Positions 1 through 12,062 of a stretch of DNA of 47,405 nucleotides are shown here, piece by piece. The stretch's first letter is position 1; each line of letters starts with the position of its first letter. Source of the DNA: Octopus bimaculoides (taxonomy: Eukaryota). A program made the position numbers and the translations under genes. Location of the stretch: positions 7,938,021 to 7,985,425 of the forward strand of contig NC_069001.1 of NCBI RefSeq assembly GCF_001194135.2. The letters are read 5' to 3'. A model generated the notes under the pieces. The model was not told the origin of the DNA and did no database searches. It worked only from the letters and a program-made list of their open reading frames with translations.

Positions 1-214
1 AGTGAACGTGTATTTGCAAGCTGATTTAATTTCTGTCAACACTGACTTTAAGTATGTAATTTCAGCCAATAACTTGGGCTCCTTCTATTGAGCCTGGTTG
101 CAGTCTATTTTCGTTCAACGTCTGGCGGTCATCTTAGAGGTGCCTTGTGTCAAAAAATGTGATTCGTAGCAGATGCCCTCTCGACATCGTTCACACGCGC
201 CTGACTCAGGCTCA

Positions 215-809
215 GAAATAATAGCCCACGTCCACCTTTACACCTCTTCATAGGGAACCTGTGTACGTTCGCCTTGCGGTGGAGGGCACCATACGTTGCC
301 ATTGTCTTTCGGGTAGTGCGATCGAGTTGGTTAATCTCCGCTCGTGTCCATTTCAGGTTTGGCACACTATAGTGGACTATAGCAACAATCCATATGTTCC
401 TGGCAGTCACAAGGTTCCTTGAGTTGAATTTTGACTTCAAGAGAAATTTGAGGCACTTCAAATATGCAGCGATGACCTTGTCTATCTTTTCTCTGTGCAA
501 GATATTGTCTAGCTCCAGGATCCCAAGGTACTTGTACCCATCATCATTCGGGTCTTCCATTCGCTCTCCGTTTGGCAATTCTATACCCCTACAATATGCT
601 CTTTTCCCCCGTTTCAAAGTGAGTACCGCACACTTCAAGATACCGAATTCCATCCCTGTATACTTGCTGCACATCTGCACAGTCTCAACCAGCCTCTCCA
701 TTTCAACTGGTTTTGTGAACAGTTTTAAATCGTCCATGAAGAGAAGGTGGTTGAGACGAGGCCCGTTCTTACCACGCAGCCACGCCTCTGGGTGTGCTTC
801 CAAACACAT
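215..809 (-). mobile_element. Decayed non-LTR retrotransposon RT fragment, R4/Dong-like
   Basis: RLNHLLFMDDLKLF (YxDD box), GMEFGILKCAVL, YKYLGILE and R..GGRGL are motifs typical of RLE-type R4/Dong ORFs. No start or 3' end seen. Confidence 0.82.
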
Positions 810-1029
810 TTCAGTTTCTTAACTTTTGTCCCTTTAATGGAAATTCTTCACCTAAACCATTTACAATTTGCCCTTAATGGCTTATATGTGGGCTAATTAT
901 GTAGACAGACTTATTAAGCATCGACTAACATGAAAGGGAAAAACACGATTAATAGATTAGAAGTTGTATCACATCTTACAGCCTAAGTCTTCCTTTCTCT
1001 GGGTTGATTATATTGCCTTGTATTGCTCT

Positions 1030-1040
1030 CTCACTTCTCC

Positions 1041-1084
<44 letters not shown>

Positions 1085-1345
1085 TTTTATTCTCCTTCAC
1101 ACACTCTCTCTCTCTCTCTTATTCTCTTTCACTCTCTCTCTCTCTTATTCTCTTTCACTCTCTCACTCACTTATCCTCTTTCAACCTCTCTCACTTATCC
1201 TCTTTCAACCTCTCTCACTTATCCTCTTTCAACCTCTCACTTATCCTCTTTCACTCTCGTTCTTTCATTCTCTGTCTCTCTGCTTCTCTTTCATTCCCTG
1301 TCTGTTCATCTGCTTCTCTCTCTGTCTCTCTCTCTTTCATTCACT
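1030..1345 (+). repeat. (CT)n-rich tract with a 24-bp tandem repeat at about 1165-1255
   Basis: Unit TCACTTATCCTCTTTCAACCTCTC x3-4. Confidence 0.85.
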
Positions 1346-1809
1346 CACTCTTTCAAACCAGCCAGCTATCTAATTATTGATATGTTTATTCGTTCTCTAC
1401 TTCTTACCTTTTACTTCTGCTTAGAATATTTTTTCTTTCTTCTCCCGCCCCTCACTCTCGCTCTCTCTCTCTCACACACACACGCACAGTCATATACACA
1501 TACATCGAGGTACAACTATGCATACATCACACCTGCGAACGAACAAACACTTTGGCTGCTCTGTTTTGATATAAATAGCGTGTTTGGAAAGGAAGATAAT
1601 AACTTCTAAGACCTTGCTTGTTCTCTCTACCTCGTCTTAGAACCAACACCTATACATATGTGTGTAAGTGCTTTTTGTGTGCATAAGCACTCATTTGCAT
1701 TTGTCAACTCGAGGCTATAGAAAGGACGCTTTCTCAAGGTAACTCACAATGGGTCCAACCCAAAACTACGTGAAAGCAAAGCAATCATCTTAACTACACA
1801 GCTTTGCTC

Positions 1810-1873
<64 letters not shown>

Positions 1874-2186
1874 ACTAATAAGCTAAGTAAAATTGACTAT
1901 TTCCCGTAACAACAGATAGACAGAAGCTCAAGATAGGGTGAATAATGGACAGGATATGGATAGAATTCATGACAAGCTTAGTTGTTTGTCGCATTCACAA
2001 TGCATACAGGTTTTACTCCTGAGTCAGCAGAAATACAAATACACGGGCGATGAAAGATGAAAGCGGAAGATGGTTACTGATTGGAATAACAATATCATTC
2101 CTTACAAATTAGAAATTGCTGCTTCTACAATATGGCCGCATAACAGATATGGTAAGGGGAAGATTAAATAGTGAACAATGGTAACA

Positions 2187-2330
2187 GTGGCTGTGTGGTA
2201 AGTAGCTTGCTAACCAACCACATGATTCCGGGTTCAGTCCCACTGAATAAGTCCTGGGGTCGATTTGCTCGACTAAAGGCGGTGCTCCAGCATGGCCACA
2301 GTCAAATGACTGAAACAAGTAAAAGAGTAT
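2187..2330 (+). mobile_element. Internally deleted SINE family B copy
   Basis: Head joined directly to the 3' end at 2245/2246. Confidence 0.82.
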
Positions 2331-3989
2331 ATTGAAGTGTTTAATTAACAATTTATTATGATATCCTTGCCTAATCATTTCTCCAAAATTAAAACAGTTA
2401 AATATTCCACTGCACCTTAATATGGAAAAAAAACAAAAACAATGTAGCTCAGAATTATCTGGAATGCTGTTAGATGCACAAAATGCTGCTGCAACTTCAA
2501 AACTGAAATCATTAATTTTATTATAAACATTAGTTATAATTGATTTATTGCTATTTTCTGAAGTAACGTCTAAATAATTCACTTTTTAACATCAAGACTA
2601 CTTCTATTCGATCCAAATCACTAGGATAGATTTTACCAACTAAATACTTTAAAAATAAACTATAATTAAGAGAAAATATATCATAGTCTTTGCTTCTAAC
2701 ACCCACTAAGTTACTTAATTAGACTTTTCTTTTTCTGGCTGCGTAAACCATTAAGAAAACTGAATGCACTCCATGACAAATATAAGTCAGCCAATAAAGG
2801 ACTGCAGTTAGCACCCGTGGGGTGCCACTGACTTATTTAAACATTTTATCTGCAAATTAAATACATGCATTAAAAATGACAAACTTGGTCACCTCCTTCC
2901 TTTTATTTGGCCAGCTTGTACATCCTCTATATCTTACCTTAGACAGAAAACCTAAAGGCAGAAACAACGCAGAGGTTTTCCAGCTGAATCTGGTCGACGA
3001 GGAACAAAAACAACTTCCATCCTGTTTAAAGGCAATCTTTTGGGGTTTTAACGCTAAAGGAAGTAACTCTGAGTGAATCGCTGTTGTAGCGTTGATGTTT
3101 CACCGCTCCAACGACAACCAATATTATTTCTTATTTAAATATAAGTTTGGAAACTGAGTCAACGGAGAAAAGTNNNNNNNNNNGGACCGAAACACTTGCC
3201 CGAGTGGGTGTTTCTTTGAAGACTTTCTGCTCGCTTAAGAGAGTTTCCTATCACTATAGTCTTACCCCCAATACTAAATTTAACCATTTCCACTAATTTC
3301 AAATCTTAATTTGTATGTAGCCTAAATTAGGGAAGAAGTCCCTCGACTTCGAGCATGCTGGAGTGTGGAATAAGTCCGTCATCTAGCGGCACCCACAGCA
3401 GCGTATTGGTTGAGGAGACAGCCTAGCCACCAACACCCCCCCCCCGCTCCGGTCGCCAGCTGGGGACTTTACTCAATTTTACTATATAGAGTAGAAAAAT
3501 CATATTGTCTCAATTTCCTTTATGTCATTGAGCATACTCAAAAGTTCTGCGTTAGTTCTGTAGCGGGAATATTCAGCAATCATCCGATGTCGCGATTCGC
3601 TAGAATATTACCCACGTGATCAACAAAACCTGACCAATCGTGACGTCGCATGGAATTTGTTCCAACAACAACACCATCTACTCGCACCTTCTTCCCTGAG
3701 CCTGTCCAGCAGTATATATTCAGAATACCCTTTACTAGACAGAGAGCTTTGGGATGCAGCATGGAAAACAGTGAGAGAGACAGCTGAGCATTTAGTATGT
3801 GAGACAGCGAAAAGGAGACATCAGACCGGACCCAGAAGACAGTAGCGAAGCATCAGCTGACCACACGAAGCCAATGAACGATCGGTGACCGCAACACAAC
3901 AACCAGCAGCTTACTTTTTGACTACTACTTCAACCACATCAACCCAAAAACGTCGTTCGTAGTAACGACAGCATTTGTTTTTCGTGTAC

Positions 3990-4400
3990 AAACAGAATAT
4001 AATTTTGTTTATGAAAACTCTCAATAAATTTCAGCCTTCTTCTTCCTACATTTCTAAAACTCCACAATAAATTTACACCAGAAATTTTGCATATTGCATT
4101 GCAATACCTTACAAAAACCATTCATATAACATCAAACGCCTTGTTAACCAAGATCACAGCCTGTCTGCTTGCAATTTTACTAGCATCAGTCATTAATCTA
4201 CTTTTGTATGGCTATGATATTTCGGGATCCAAAACAATTTAGGAATGCGCCTATTCTCTACCTCTACACACACAAACTACTTAACTTTTCTTCAACCAGT
4301 CTAGCAGCGTATTAATATCTTCTGACACCGTTCTATATGTCTTATTACCACTGAAGTTTCAATTACTATCTGTTCTCAACACTTTAACTCAAATTAACAA
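3990..4400 (-). mobile_element. Penelope-like element reverse-transcriptase fragment (decayed)
   Basis: Across stops and frameshifts reads GNKTY...IPKLFWIPKYH...RYCNAICKISGVNLLWSFRN, resembling the LP.LYW.PKLHK...YC..IY..SGVN.MWI.KN block of invertebrate Penelope-like RTs (from memory). Confidence 0.68.
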
Positions 4401-4450
4401 GCAGTATATATACATACACACACACACATATACATAAAGACTGTCATACC

Positions 4451-4490
4451 GGCCATGACGAAGGGAAATAGCCCTGAAACTCGAGTCGCC
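4451..4490 (+). ncRNA. Minimal hammerhead-ribozyme-like motif (Penelope type) with one extra core base
   Basis: GGC-C(A)UGACGA-AGGG/aaauag/CCCU-GAAA-C-UCGA-GUC|GCC: stems I, II and III all pair, GUC cleavage triplet, palindromic CUCGAG stem III loop. Confidence 0.7.
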
Positions 4491-5709
4491 TTTATATATA
4501 TATATTTATATTTATATATATATTTATATATTTGATCCTTTATATTGAACACTCAATATTTCATCTACATTCAATACTTTATTTCATGGTGCCATCCATT
4601 TTTATTTTATTTTATATTATATATTGTATATTATATTATATATTGTATATTCCATATTCTATACCCCACATTAGTTCTGCAGGAATATAAATAAAACATA
4701 AAAAACAGACAGTGTTGGAACTCTTTTAANNNNNNNNNNNNNNNNNNNNNNNNNNNNNNNNNNNNNNNNNNNNNNNNNNNNNNNNNNNNNNNNNNNNNNN
4801 NNNNNNNNNNNNNNNNNNNNNNNNNNNNNNNNNNNNNNNNNNNNNNNNNNNNNNNNNNNNNNNNNNNNNNNNNNNNNNNNNNNNNNNNNNNNNNNNNNNN
4901 NNNNNNNNNNNNNNNNNNNNNNNNNNNNNNNNNNNNNNNNNNNNNNNNNNNNNNNNNNNNNNNNNNNNNNNNNNNNNNNNNNNNNNNNNNNNNNNNNNNN
5001 NNNNNNNNNNNNNNNNNNNNNNNNNNNNNNNNNNNNNNNNNNNNNNNNNNNNNNNNNNNNNNNNNNNNNNNNNNNNNNNNNNNNNNNNNNNNNNNNNNNN
5101 NNNNNNNNNNNNNNNNNNNNNNNNNNNNNNNNNNNNNNNNNNNNNNNNNNNNNNNNNNNNNNNNNNNNNATGTAAAGGAGGAGGAGGAGGAGGAGAGGGG
5201 AGAAGTAGAAAGGTGGTGGCGCCGGCGGCAGCAGAGGTGGTGTCGGTGGGGGTGGATGATTGGATGATTGGATGGTTTAATGGCTAGACTGAAAGCTGGT
5301 TGACTGGTTTGTTAGTCAGATGGTTCGCTGATTGGTTGTGGGACTGGGAGGAGTGGGAGCGCGGAGGCGAAGGTGGTAGCGGGTGTGATTTAGCTAGTAA
5401 AACACATAGCTGATTAAATGGATGGATGGATGGATGGATAGGGATGGTGGTAGGGTGATGGATAGCGAGGTGTGGTTGACTGGAGGATGGTTAGAAGGTA
5501 AGAAAGGTGGGTGGTAGATGGGCAGAAGGTTAAACGGAGGGAGTGGTGGGGGTAGTTCATTATAGCTCAAGAAAGTTAATTAAAACTTCTTCCAATGACA
5601 GTTTGTGTGGAACAATTTAGTCCAATCACACAACACCTGTTTCTTGTTGCTACTGTTGATATTGTTGTTGTTATTATTATTATTGTTATTATTGTTATTA
5701 TTGTTATTA

Positions 5710-5747
<38 letters not shown>

Positions 5748-5970
5748 GGCGGCGAGCTGGCAGAAACGTTAGCACGTCGGGCAAAATGCTCAGCGGTATT
5801 TCGTTTGTCTTTACGTCCTGAGTTCAAATTCCGCCGAGGTCGACTTTGCCTTTCATCCTTTCGTGGTCGATAAATTAAGTACAAGTGAAACACTGGGGGT
5901 CGATGTAATCGACCACTAGATCCTTTCCCCCAAATTCCAGTCCTCGTTCCTATAGTAGAAAGGATTATTA
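5748..5970 (+). mobile_element. tRNA-headed SINE family A, full copy, (ATT)n tail
   Basis: A box TGGCAGAAACG, B box GAGTTCAAATT, body GTCGACTTTGCCTTTCATCCTTTCG resembling the Meta-type SINE domain (recalled). More than 10 copies in the window. Confidence 0.85.
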
Positions 5971-7222
5971 ATATTATTATTAACATTGTTATTATTATTA
6001 GTAGTAGTAGTAGTCGTCGTAGTAGTAGTCGTCGTCGTCGTAGTAGTATTGCAGGTGTTATTGTTGCTGTCATTAGTATTATTACTGTCGTTGTTGTTAT
6101 TACTGTTGTTATTACTATTATTACTCTTATTACTGTTTTATAGTTGTTGTTATTCTTAACGTTGCTGCTGTTATTACTATCATTACTGCCTTTATTGATG
6201 TTATTACCAGTTGTGAGTGTAGTCATTCCGGTTGTTGTGATTGTTGTTCTTCTTCTTCCTGCTATTGTTATTGATGTTAATGTCGTTGCTGTTGTTGTTG
6301 TTGTTGACTTAGCGCCGTTATTTGTGATGGAAACAGGAAGGAAGCCGGCGTTGTTNNNNNNNNNNNNNNNNNNNNNNNNNNNNNNNNNNNNNNNNNNNNN
6401 NNNNNNNNNNNNNNNNNNNNNNNNNNNNNNNNNNNNNNNNNNNNNNNNNNNNNNNNNNNNNNNNNNNNNNNNNNNNNNNNNNNNNNNNNNNNNNNNNNNN
6501 NNNNNNNNNNNNNNNNNNNNNNNNNNNNNNNNNNNNNNNNNNNNNNNNNNNNNNNNNNNNNNNNNNNNNNNNNNNNNNNNNNNNNNNNNNNNNNNNNNNN
6601 NNNNNNNNNNNNNNNNNNNNNNNNNNNNNNNNNNNNNNNNNNNNNNNNNNNNNNNNNNNNNNNNNNNNNNNNNNNNNNNNNNNNNNNNNNNNNNNNNNNN
6701 NNNNNNNNNNNNNNNNNNNNNNNNNNNNNNNNNNNNNNNNNNNNNNNNNNNNNNNNNNNNNNNNNNNNNNNNNNNNNNNNNNNNNNNNNNNNNNNNNNNN
6801 NNNNNNNNNNNNNNNNNNNNNNNNNNNNNNNNNNNNNNNNNNNNNNNNNNNNNNNNNNNNNNNNNNNNNNNNNNNNNNNNNNNNNNNNNNNNNNNNNNNN
6901 NNNNNNNNNNNNNNNNNNNNNNNNNNNNNNNNNNNNNNNNNNNNNNNNNNNNNNNNNNNNNNNNNNNNNNNNNNNNNNNNNNNNNNNNNNNNNNNNNNNN
7001 NNNNNNNNNNNNNNNNNNNNNNNNNNNNNNNNNNNNNNNNNNNNNNNNNNNNNNNNNNNNNNNNNNNNNNNNNNNNNNNNNNNNNNNNNNNNNNNNNNNN
7101 NNNNNNNNNNNNNNNNNNNNNNNNNNNNNNNNNNNNNNNNNNNNNNNNNNNNNNNNNNNNNNNNNNNNNNNNNNNNNNNNNNNNNNNNNNNNNNNNNNNN
7201 NNNNNNNNNNNNNNNNNNNNNN

Positions 7223-7264
<42 letters not shown>

Positions 7265-7403
7265 GTGCGTGTTTCTCTTTGTATGTGTTTGTGTGTATGC
7301 GTGTGAATTTGCGTGTGCCATGAATTTATAAGAAAGAGATGTTATTTCAGTTTTGTTGTTTGCAGTGTTTCTTGTTGTTGTCACAATTGATGTTGCTAAG
7401 AGA

Positions 7404-7425
7404 GATAAGCTGATATAGATAGATG

Positions 7426-7523
<98 letters not shown>

Positions 7524-7670
7524 CAGGCACACACACACAAAGAGAGACATACACACACACAAGCATACATACAGACAGAGATAGAGACAGACACACACAC
7601 ACGAACAGACGGACGGATAGACAGACAGACAGACAGACAGGCAGGCAGGCAGGCAGACAGACAGATAGAA
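7404..7670 (+). repeat. Compound (AGAT)n/(AGAC)n/(AGGC)n microsatellite
   Basis: Seen directly. Similar simple repeats at 1811-1872 (GT), 5665-5746 (TTA), 11032-11148 (CAA/CAG), 12958-13007 (TTA), 35521-35617, 36410-36720 and flanking most gaps. Confidence 0.95.
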
Positions 7671-9663
7671 GGATGGATAGATTCTAGGGTTACGTTTCCA
7701 AGTTGTATAAACATTATAACTGTTTTTTGTCTATTTATTTCAGTTTGTATATGTTGAGTGTGTGCGTGTGTGTGTGTATGTGTATGTGTGTGTGTGTGTG
7801 TGTGTGTGTNNNNNNNNNNNNNNNNNNNNNNNNNNNNNNNNNNNNNNNNNNNNNNNNNNNNNNNNNNNNNNNNNNNNNNNNNNNNNNNNNNNNNNNNNNN
7901 NNNNNNNNNNNNNNNNNNNNNNNNNNNNNNNNNNNNNNNNNNNNNNNNNNNNNNNNNNNNNNNNNNNNNNNNNNNNNNNNNNNNNNNNNNNNNNNNNNNN
8001 NNNNNNNNNNNNNNNNNNNNNNNNNNNNNNNNNNNNNNNNNNNNNNNNNNGACGGAGAGGACGAAGAGGAGGAGGAAGACAAAAGGACATGGAGATAATT
8101 TATTACTGAGAGATGGGATGGATCCTGAAGAGGAATTGAGTGTTATGGAAGGAAGGAAGGAAGGAAGGATGAGGGTGTGGTGGGAGGAGGGACGATGGGT
8201 GGATGAGGGTGTGGTGGGGGAGGGACGATGGGTGGATGAGGGGGGAGGAAAGGTTGTACGATTTTGGATGGAAACGGAAATAAAGATTGCCGGAGGGAAG
8301 AAACAAACCAAGTACTTCTGGAAACTTGGAACAATTTCTTGGAACAATCTTCAGAAAGAAATCAATAACTCTCCTTCCTCAATCACACTCTCTAATTTTC
8401 ACTCATTTATTCTGTACATTCTTCAACTCTTTCCCTTTCTTCTTCGTCTTCTTTCTTTTCTCCTTTTCCTTCTTTCTTCTTCTTCTTCTAATTTGACTTT
8501 TCGTCTTCTTTTCCTTCCTCTCCTCCTCCTCCATCTTTTCTTTTTCTTCTACTTCGTCTTCTTTATTGTCATATTCTTCAACTCTTTCCCTTTCTTCTTC
8601 GTCNNNNNNNNNNCATTCTTCAACTCTTTCCCTTTCTTCTTCGTCTTCTTTCTTTTCTCCTTTTCCTTCTTTCTTTTTCTTCTTCTAATTTGACTTTTCG
8701 TCTTCTTTTCCTTCTTCTCCTCCTCCTTCATATTTTTCCTCTTCTCCTTTTTCCTCTTTTCATCCTCTTCCTTTTCCACTTCTCTTCCTCTTCCTACCCC
8801 TACTACTCACACTGCCGTTTTGTCCCTTTTTTTCTTTCTCCCTACGTCTTTCATCTCCTTCCATTCTCTTCCTTCCCCTGCCAACTCTTTCACTCTTATT
8901 TCCCCTTTCAACTCCCTCGTTCCTATCCAGCGATATTCTATGTACTTCCCGCCATTCAGCTTTGCTCCAATAATATCTTCCACAAGTCGTTCGGTCGAAG
9001 AAGATACAAGAAGCTATTTTTATACGCGTTACTCTCTCACTCCTTCTCTCTCTTTCTTTCCATTTCTTCATTTCTCTCTCTCTCTCTTCCTCCTTCTTCT
9101 CTCTCTCTCTCTCTTCCTCCTTCTTCTCTCCTAGCTCTAACCCCATTTAGCTCTCCTTATGTCTTCACAACCTCTGCCTTTCCCTCACTCCTCGTCACCT
9201 CCAATTACTGGCCCTCAAACATCAACTAATTTTCTCATTCTCTCTTTCTTTCTCTTTATCTCTCTCTCTCTCTCCCTCTTGGTCGCTATCTCCCTGCTTA
9301 TCTTTCGCTCATTCTCTCTGTGTATGTGTATGTACATTTGTATGTATGTATACATATACATGCACACCACATACATACACACACATATATATTTAGAGAG
9401 AGAGAGAAATGAAGAAGAAAAAGTGAAGCATGATGATGATGACGACGACGACGATGATGATGATTGAGGAGGAGGGTGGAGGAGGACAACGAAGTAAAGA
9501 ACAAGAGCAAGAACAAAAAAAGTACCGAGTCGAAGGTAATCTTGACACGCTCCAGAATATTCCAAGGGCGATATTTCACTTGTAGCTCCACTTAATTAAC
9601 TATCACACGTTCAAACTAAAATTAAATCTTTCGGTTGCACATTTCTGATGACTAATGACTAAA

Positions 9664-9735
9664 CGCACATGGCCCACTCGATTAGAGTGCTGGACTATGA
9701 ACTGAAAGGTCAGTGGTTCATACTCCGCCGACGTC
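9664..9735 (+). mobile_element. Degenerate tRNA-derived SINE head (tRNA-Arg-like), not a functional tRNA
   Basis: TGGCCCACTCGATTAG...GGTTCATACTCC spacing fits A/B boxes; cloverleaf stems are broken. Confidence 0.4.
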
Positions 9736-9859
9736 AGGGCAGAGATTTTCAGGTAAAATATATACACCTTCACCTTCTCTGGATAAGTCTACCTAGCTGA
9801 AGAATTAGCTGCCATCAGTGGAAATACGACTGAACATTATTATTGATGGAAATTTTTAA

Positions 9860-10360
9860 GGTGGTGAGCTGGCAGAATCGTTAGCACGCCGGGAGAAATG
9901 CTTAGCGGTATTTCGTCTGTCGCTGCGTTCTGAGTTCAAATTCCGCCGAGGTCGACTTTGCCTTTCATCCTTTCGGGGTCGATAAATCAAGTACCAGTTA
10001 CGCACTAGAGTCGATCTAATCGACNNNNNNNNNNNNNNNNNNNNNNNNNNNNNNNNNNNNNNNNNNNNNNNNNNNNNNNNNNNNNNNNNNNNNNNNNNNN
10101 NNNNNNNNNNNNNNNNNNNNNNNNNNNNNNNNNNNNNNNNNNNNNNNNNNNNNNNNNNNNNNNNNNNNNNNNNNNGTGATGGACTGTCCCCCTCCGCACA
10201 AAATCCAGGCCTAGTGCCTATAGTAGAAAGGATTATTAATGGAAATTTTAAGGTGGTGAGCTGGCAGAATCGTTAGCACGCCAAACAAAATGCTCAACGG
10301 TATTTCGTCCGTTTTGGCGCTCTGAGTTCAAATACCGCCGCGGTAGACTTTGCCTTTCAG
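9860..10360 (+). mobile_element. Two stacked SINE family A copies (first spans gap, second truncated)
   Basis: Heads at 9860 and 10252, both preceded by ATGGAAATTTT(T)AAG. Confidence 0.8.
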
Positions 10361-10866
10361 CTGAATCCATAGTAAAGATTGCCCTGCCGGCCTGCTTCAA
10401 CCGGGAGGGGAAGCCAATTTTCATTTGTCTGGTGGCCGTAGCAAAAGAGATAGCATGGTGGGCTCATTTAAAAGGCCTAAAGACATTTTCCTCTTTGGCC
10501 AAACCCTCATCAACTTTTTCAAGTTTGACTTGAAAAGAAAAGTGAGGGTGGAGGGGAGAGTGTTGTCTTCAAGCAAGTTTGCTGAAAGGTGAGTGAATGT
10601 CGGAAGAATGGTCAGCGTGAAAGGAACAATTCTGATCATACACTTGTAAAAAAAAAGGGAAATTAAAGAAGAGTTCTCGCCCTGTTGATTCAGGCACCCG
10701 TGGCTTTTGTGGGTTTTTCCATGTGTAGCCTTTAAGCGCCTCCTCCTATTGGGAGTTTTATTTGTTTTTTCCTTGTTATTTTATTTACACGTATTAAAAC
10801 CGTTTGTATCGTCCTGTCATCACCTTTAACGTACTTAATATTATCCCTTGTGGCCAATAAAAGAAT
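10361..10866 (+). mobile_element. 3' end of an L1/Tx1-like LINE (ORF2 C-terminus plus 3' UTR)
   Basis: Frameshifted EIAWWAHLKGL...FLFGQTLINFFKFDLKRKVRVEGRVLSSSKFAER(W)VNVGRMV..L* with TAA at 10647, then a U-rich UTR ending in AATAAA. Clade assignment is from recalled C-terminal W/F spacing. Confidence 0.5.
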
Positions 10867-11902
10867 TAATTATTTCTACTCTAGGCACAAGGCCTCTCTG
10901 ATGATGATGATGATGATGATTAAATTTCTTTCCCACGTGGGTGATGGATAACGAGACGTTATGAAAACAAATTAGAAAAACGATGGGTTTAGCTATGCGG
11001 AATCGATTACGAAAAGAAAAAACAGTCATGCAAAACAACAACAGCAGCAGCAACAACAACAACAACAGCAACAACAACAACCACAGCAACAACAACAACC
11101 ACAGCAGCAGTGGCAACAGCAGCAGCAGGTATTTTGCGAAGTGAATCAGAACTCTATAGATTCAATGAAAGACTATAAGTTCGTTTTTGTTGATTTAGCT
11201 GTCTCGAATATTCTTCGACTTCGAAGGTTGGGATAGTAATACGTTTTGGAGATTGGAAAGAGAGAGAGAGAATTGAGAGCAATGTGTGATCGATACCTTA
11301 CAGATGGTATTGACGACTTCCTATTAGGAAGGGTCTCATAAGATCACACACACACACACACACACGAACAAATACATACATATACACACTGCACTCGAAT
11401 ATAGTCGCATATACACGATGTTAGACATATAGATGTCATTGTTTTCTCGTTTCAGTCGTTAGATTACGGCCATGCTGGGGCACCGATTTTTAAGAATTTT
11501 GTAAAATTGTCGTTTATTCCATCGGTCTCTTTGTGGCAAGCCGCTACGTCGCGGGGAGGTTACTCACCAACACCGGTTGTCAAGCGGTGGTGGCAGACAA
11601 ACACGGTCATAAAAACGCACACATATCTACATGCGTACACGTACACACACATTGCACACAAGAATGTTTGTTTGTCAGTCTGATAGCGAGTATGTAGACC
11701 CTACTTAAAGGCATAGTTGGCTTCAAGTTATCCATGGGGATATCTTATGATTTATGCCAATACTTACAAGTGAGCAAATAAAGAGAACGCTGTTCCTTCA
11801 CAACCGGAAAGAAAAAAAAGAAAAAAGAGAACGACGTCTTGAAATCTCGATTCCCTTCTACGCCTCTACACCACCATTTCAACCCTACCACTACACGACA
11901 CC

Positions 11903-11938
<36 letters not shown>

Positions 11939-12005
11939 NNNNNNNNNNNNNNNNNNNNNNNNNNNNNNNNNNNNNNNNNNNNNNNNNNNNNNNNNNNNNN
12001 NNNNN

Positions 12006-12062
<57 letters not shown>

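Noticed and set aside
394-822. 142-aa plus-strand ORF
   Set aside because: Antisense shadow of the R4/Dong-like RT fragment.
964-1609. Ser/Leu-rich ORFs in three frames
   Set aside because: Translation of (CT)n and a 24-bp repeat; no protein features.
2806-2831. Small hairpin CAGT..GCACCC/GGGTGC..ACTG
   Set aside because: Too short to distinguish from chance without copy-number or conservation data.
5744-8347. 867-aa ORF and other long ORFs containing X runs
   Set aside because: They stay open only because N gaps have no stops; the rest is microsatellite translation.
8575-8645. Direct repeat CATTCTTCAACTCTTTCCCTTTCTTCTTCGTC around Ns
   Set aside because: Same 10-N overlap artefact, inside low-complexity sequence.
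9664-9735. Possible tRNA gene
   Set aside because: Acceptor and anticodon stems do not pair; better explained as a decayed SINE head.
11032-11148. Poly-Gln-like CAA/CAG tract as a coding exon
   Set aside because: No supported splice context or flanking domain; treated as a trinucleotide microsatellite.
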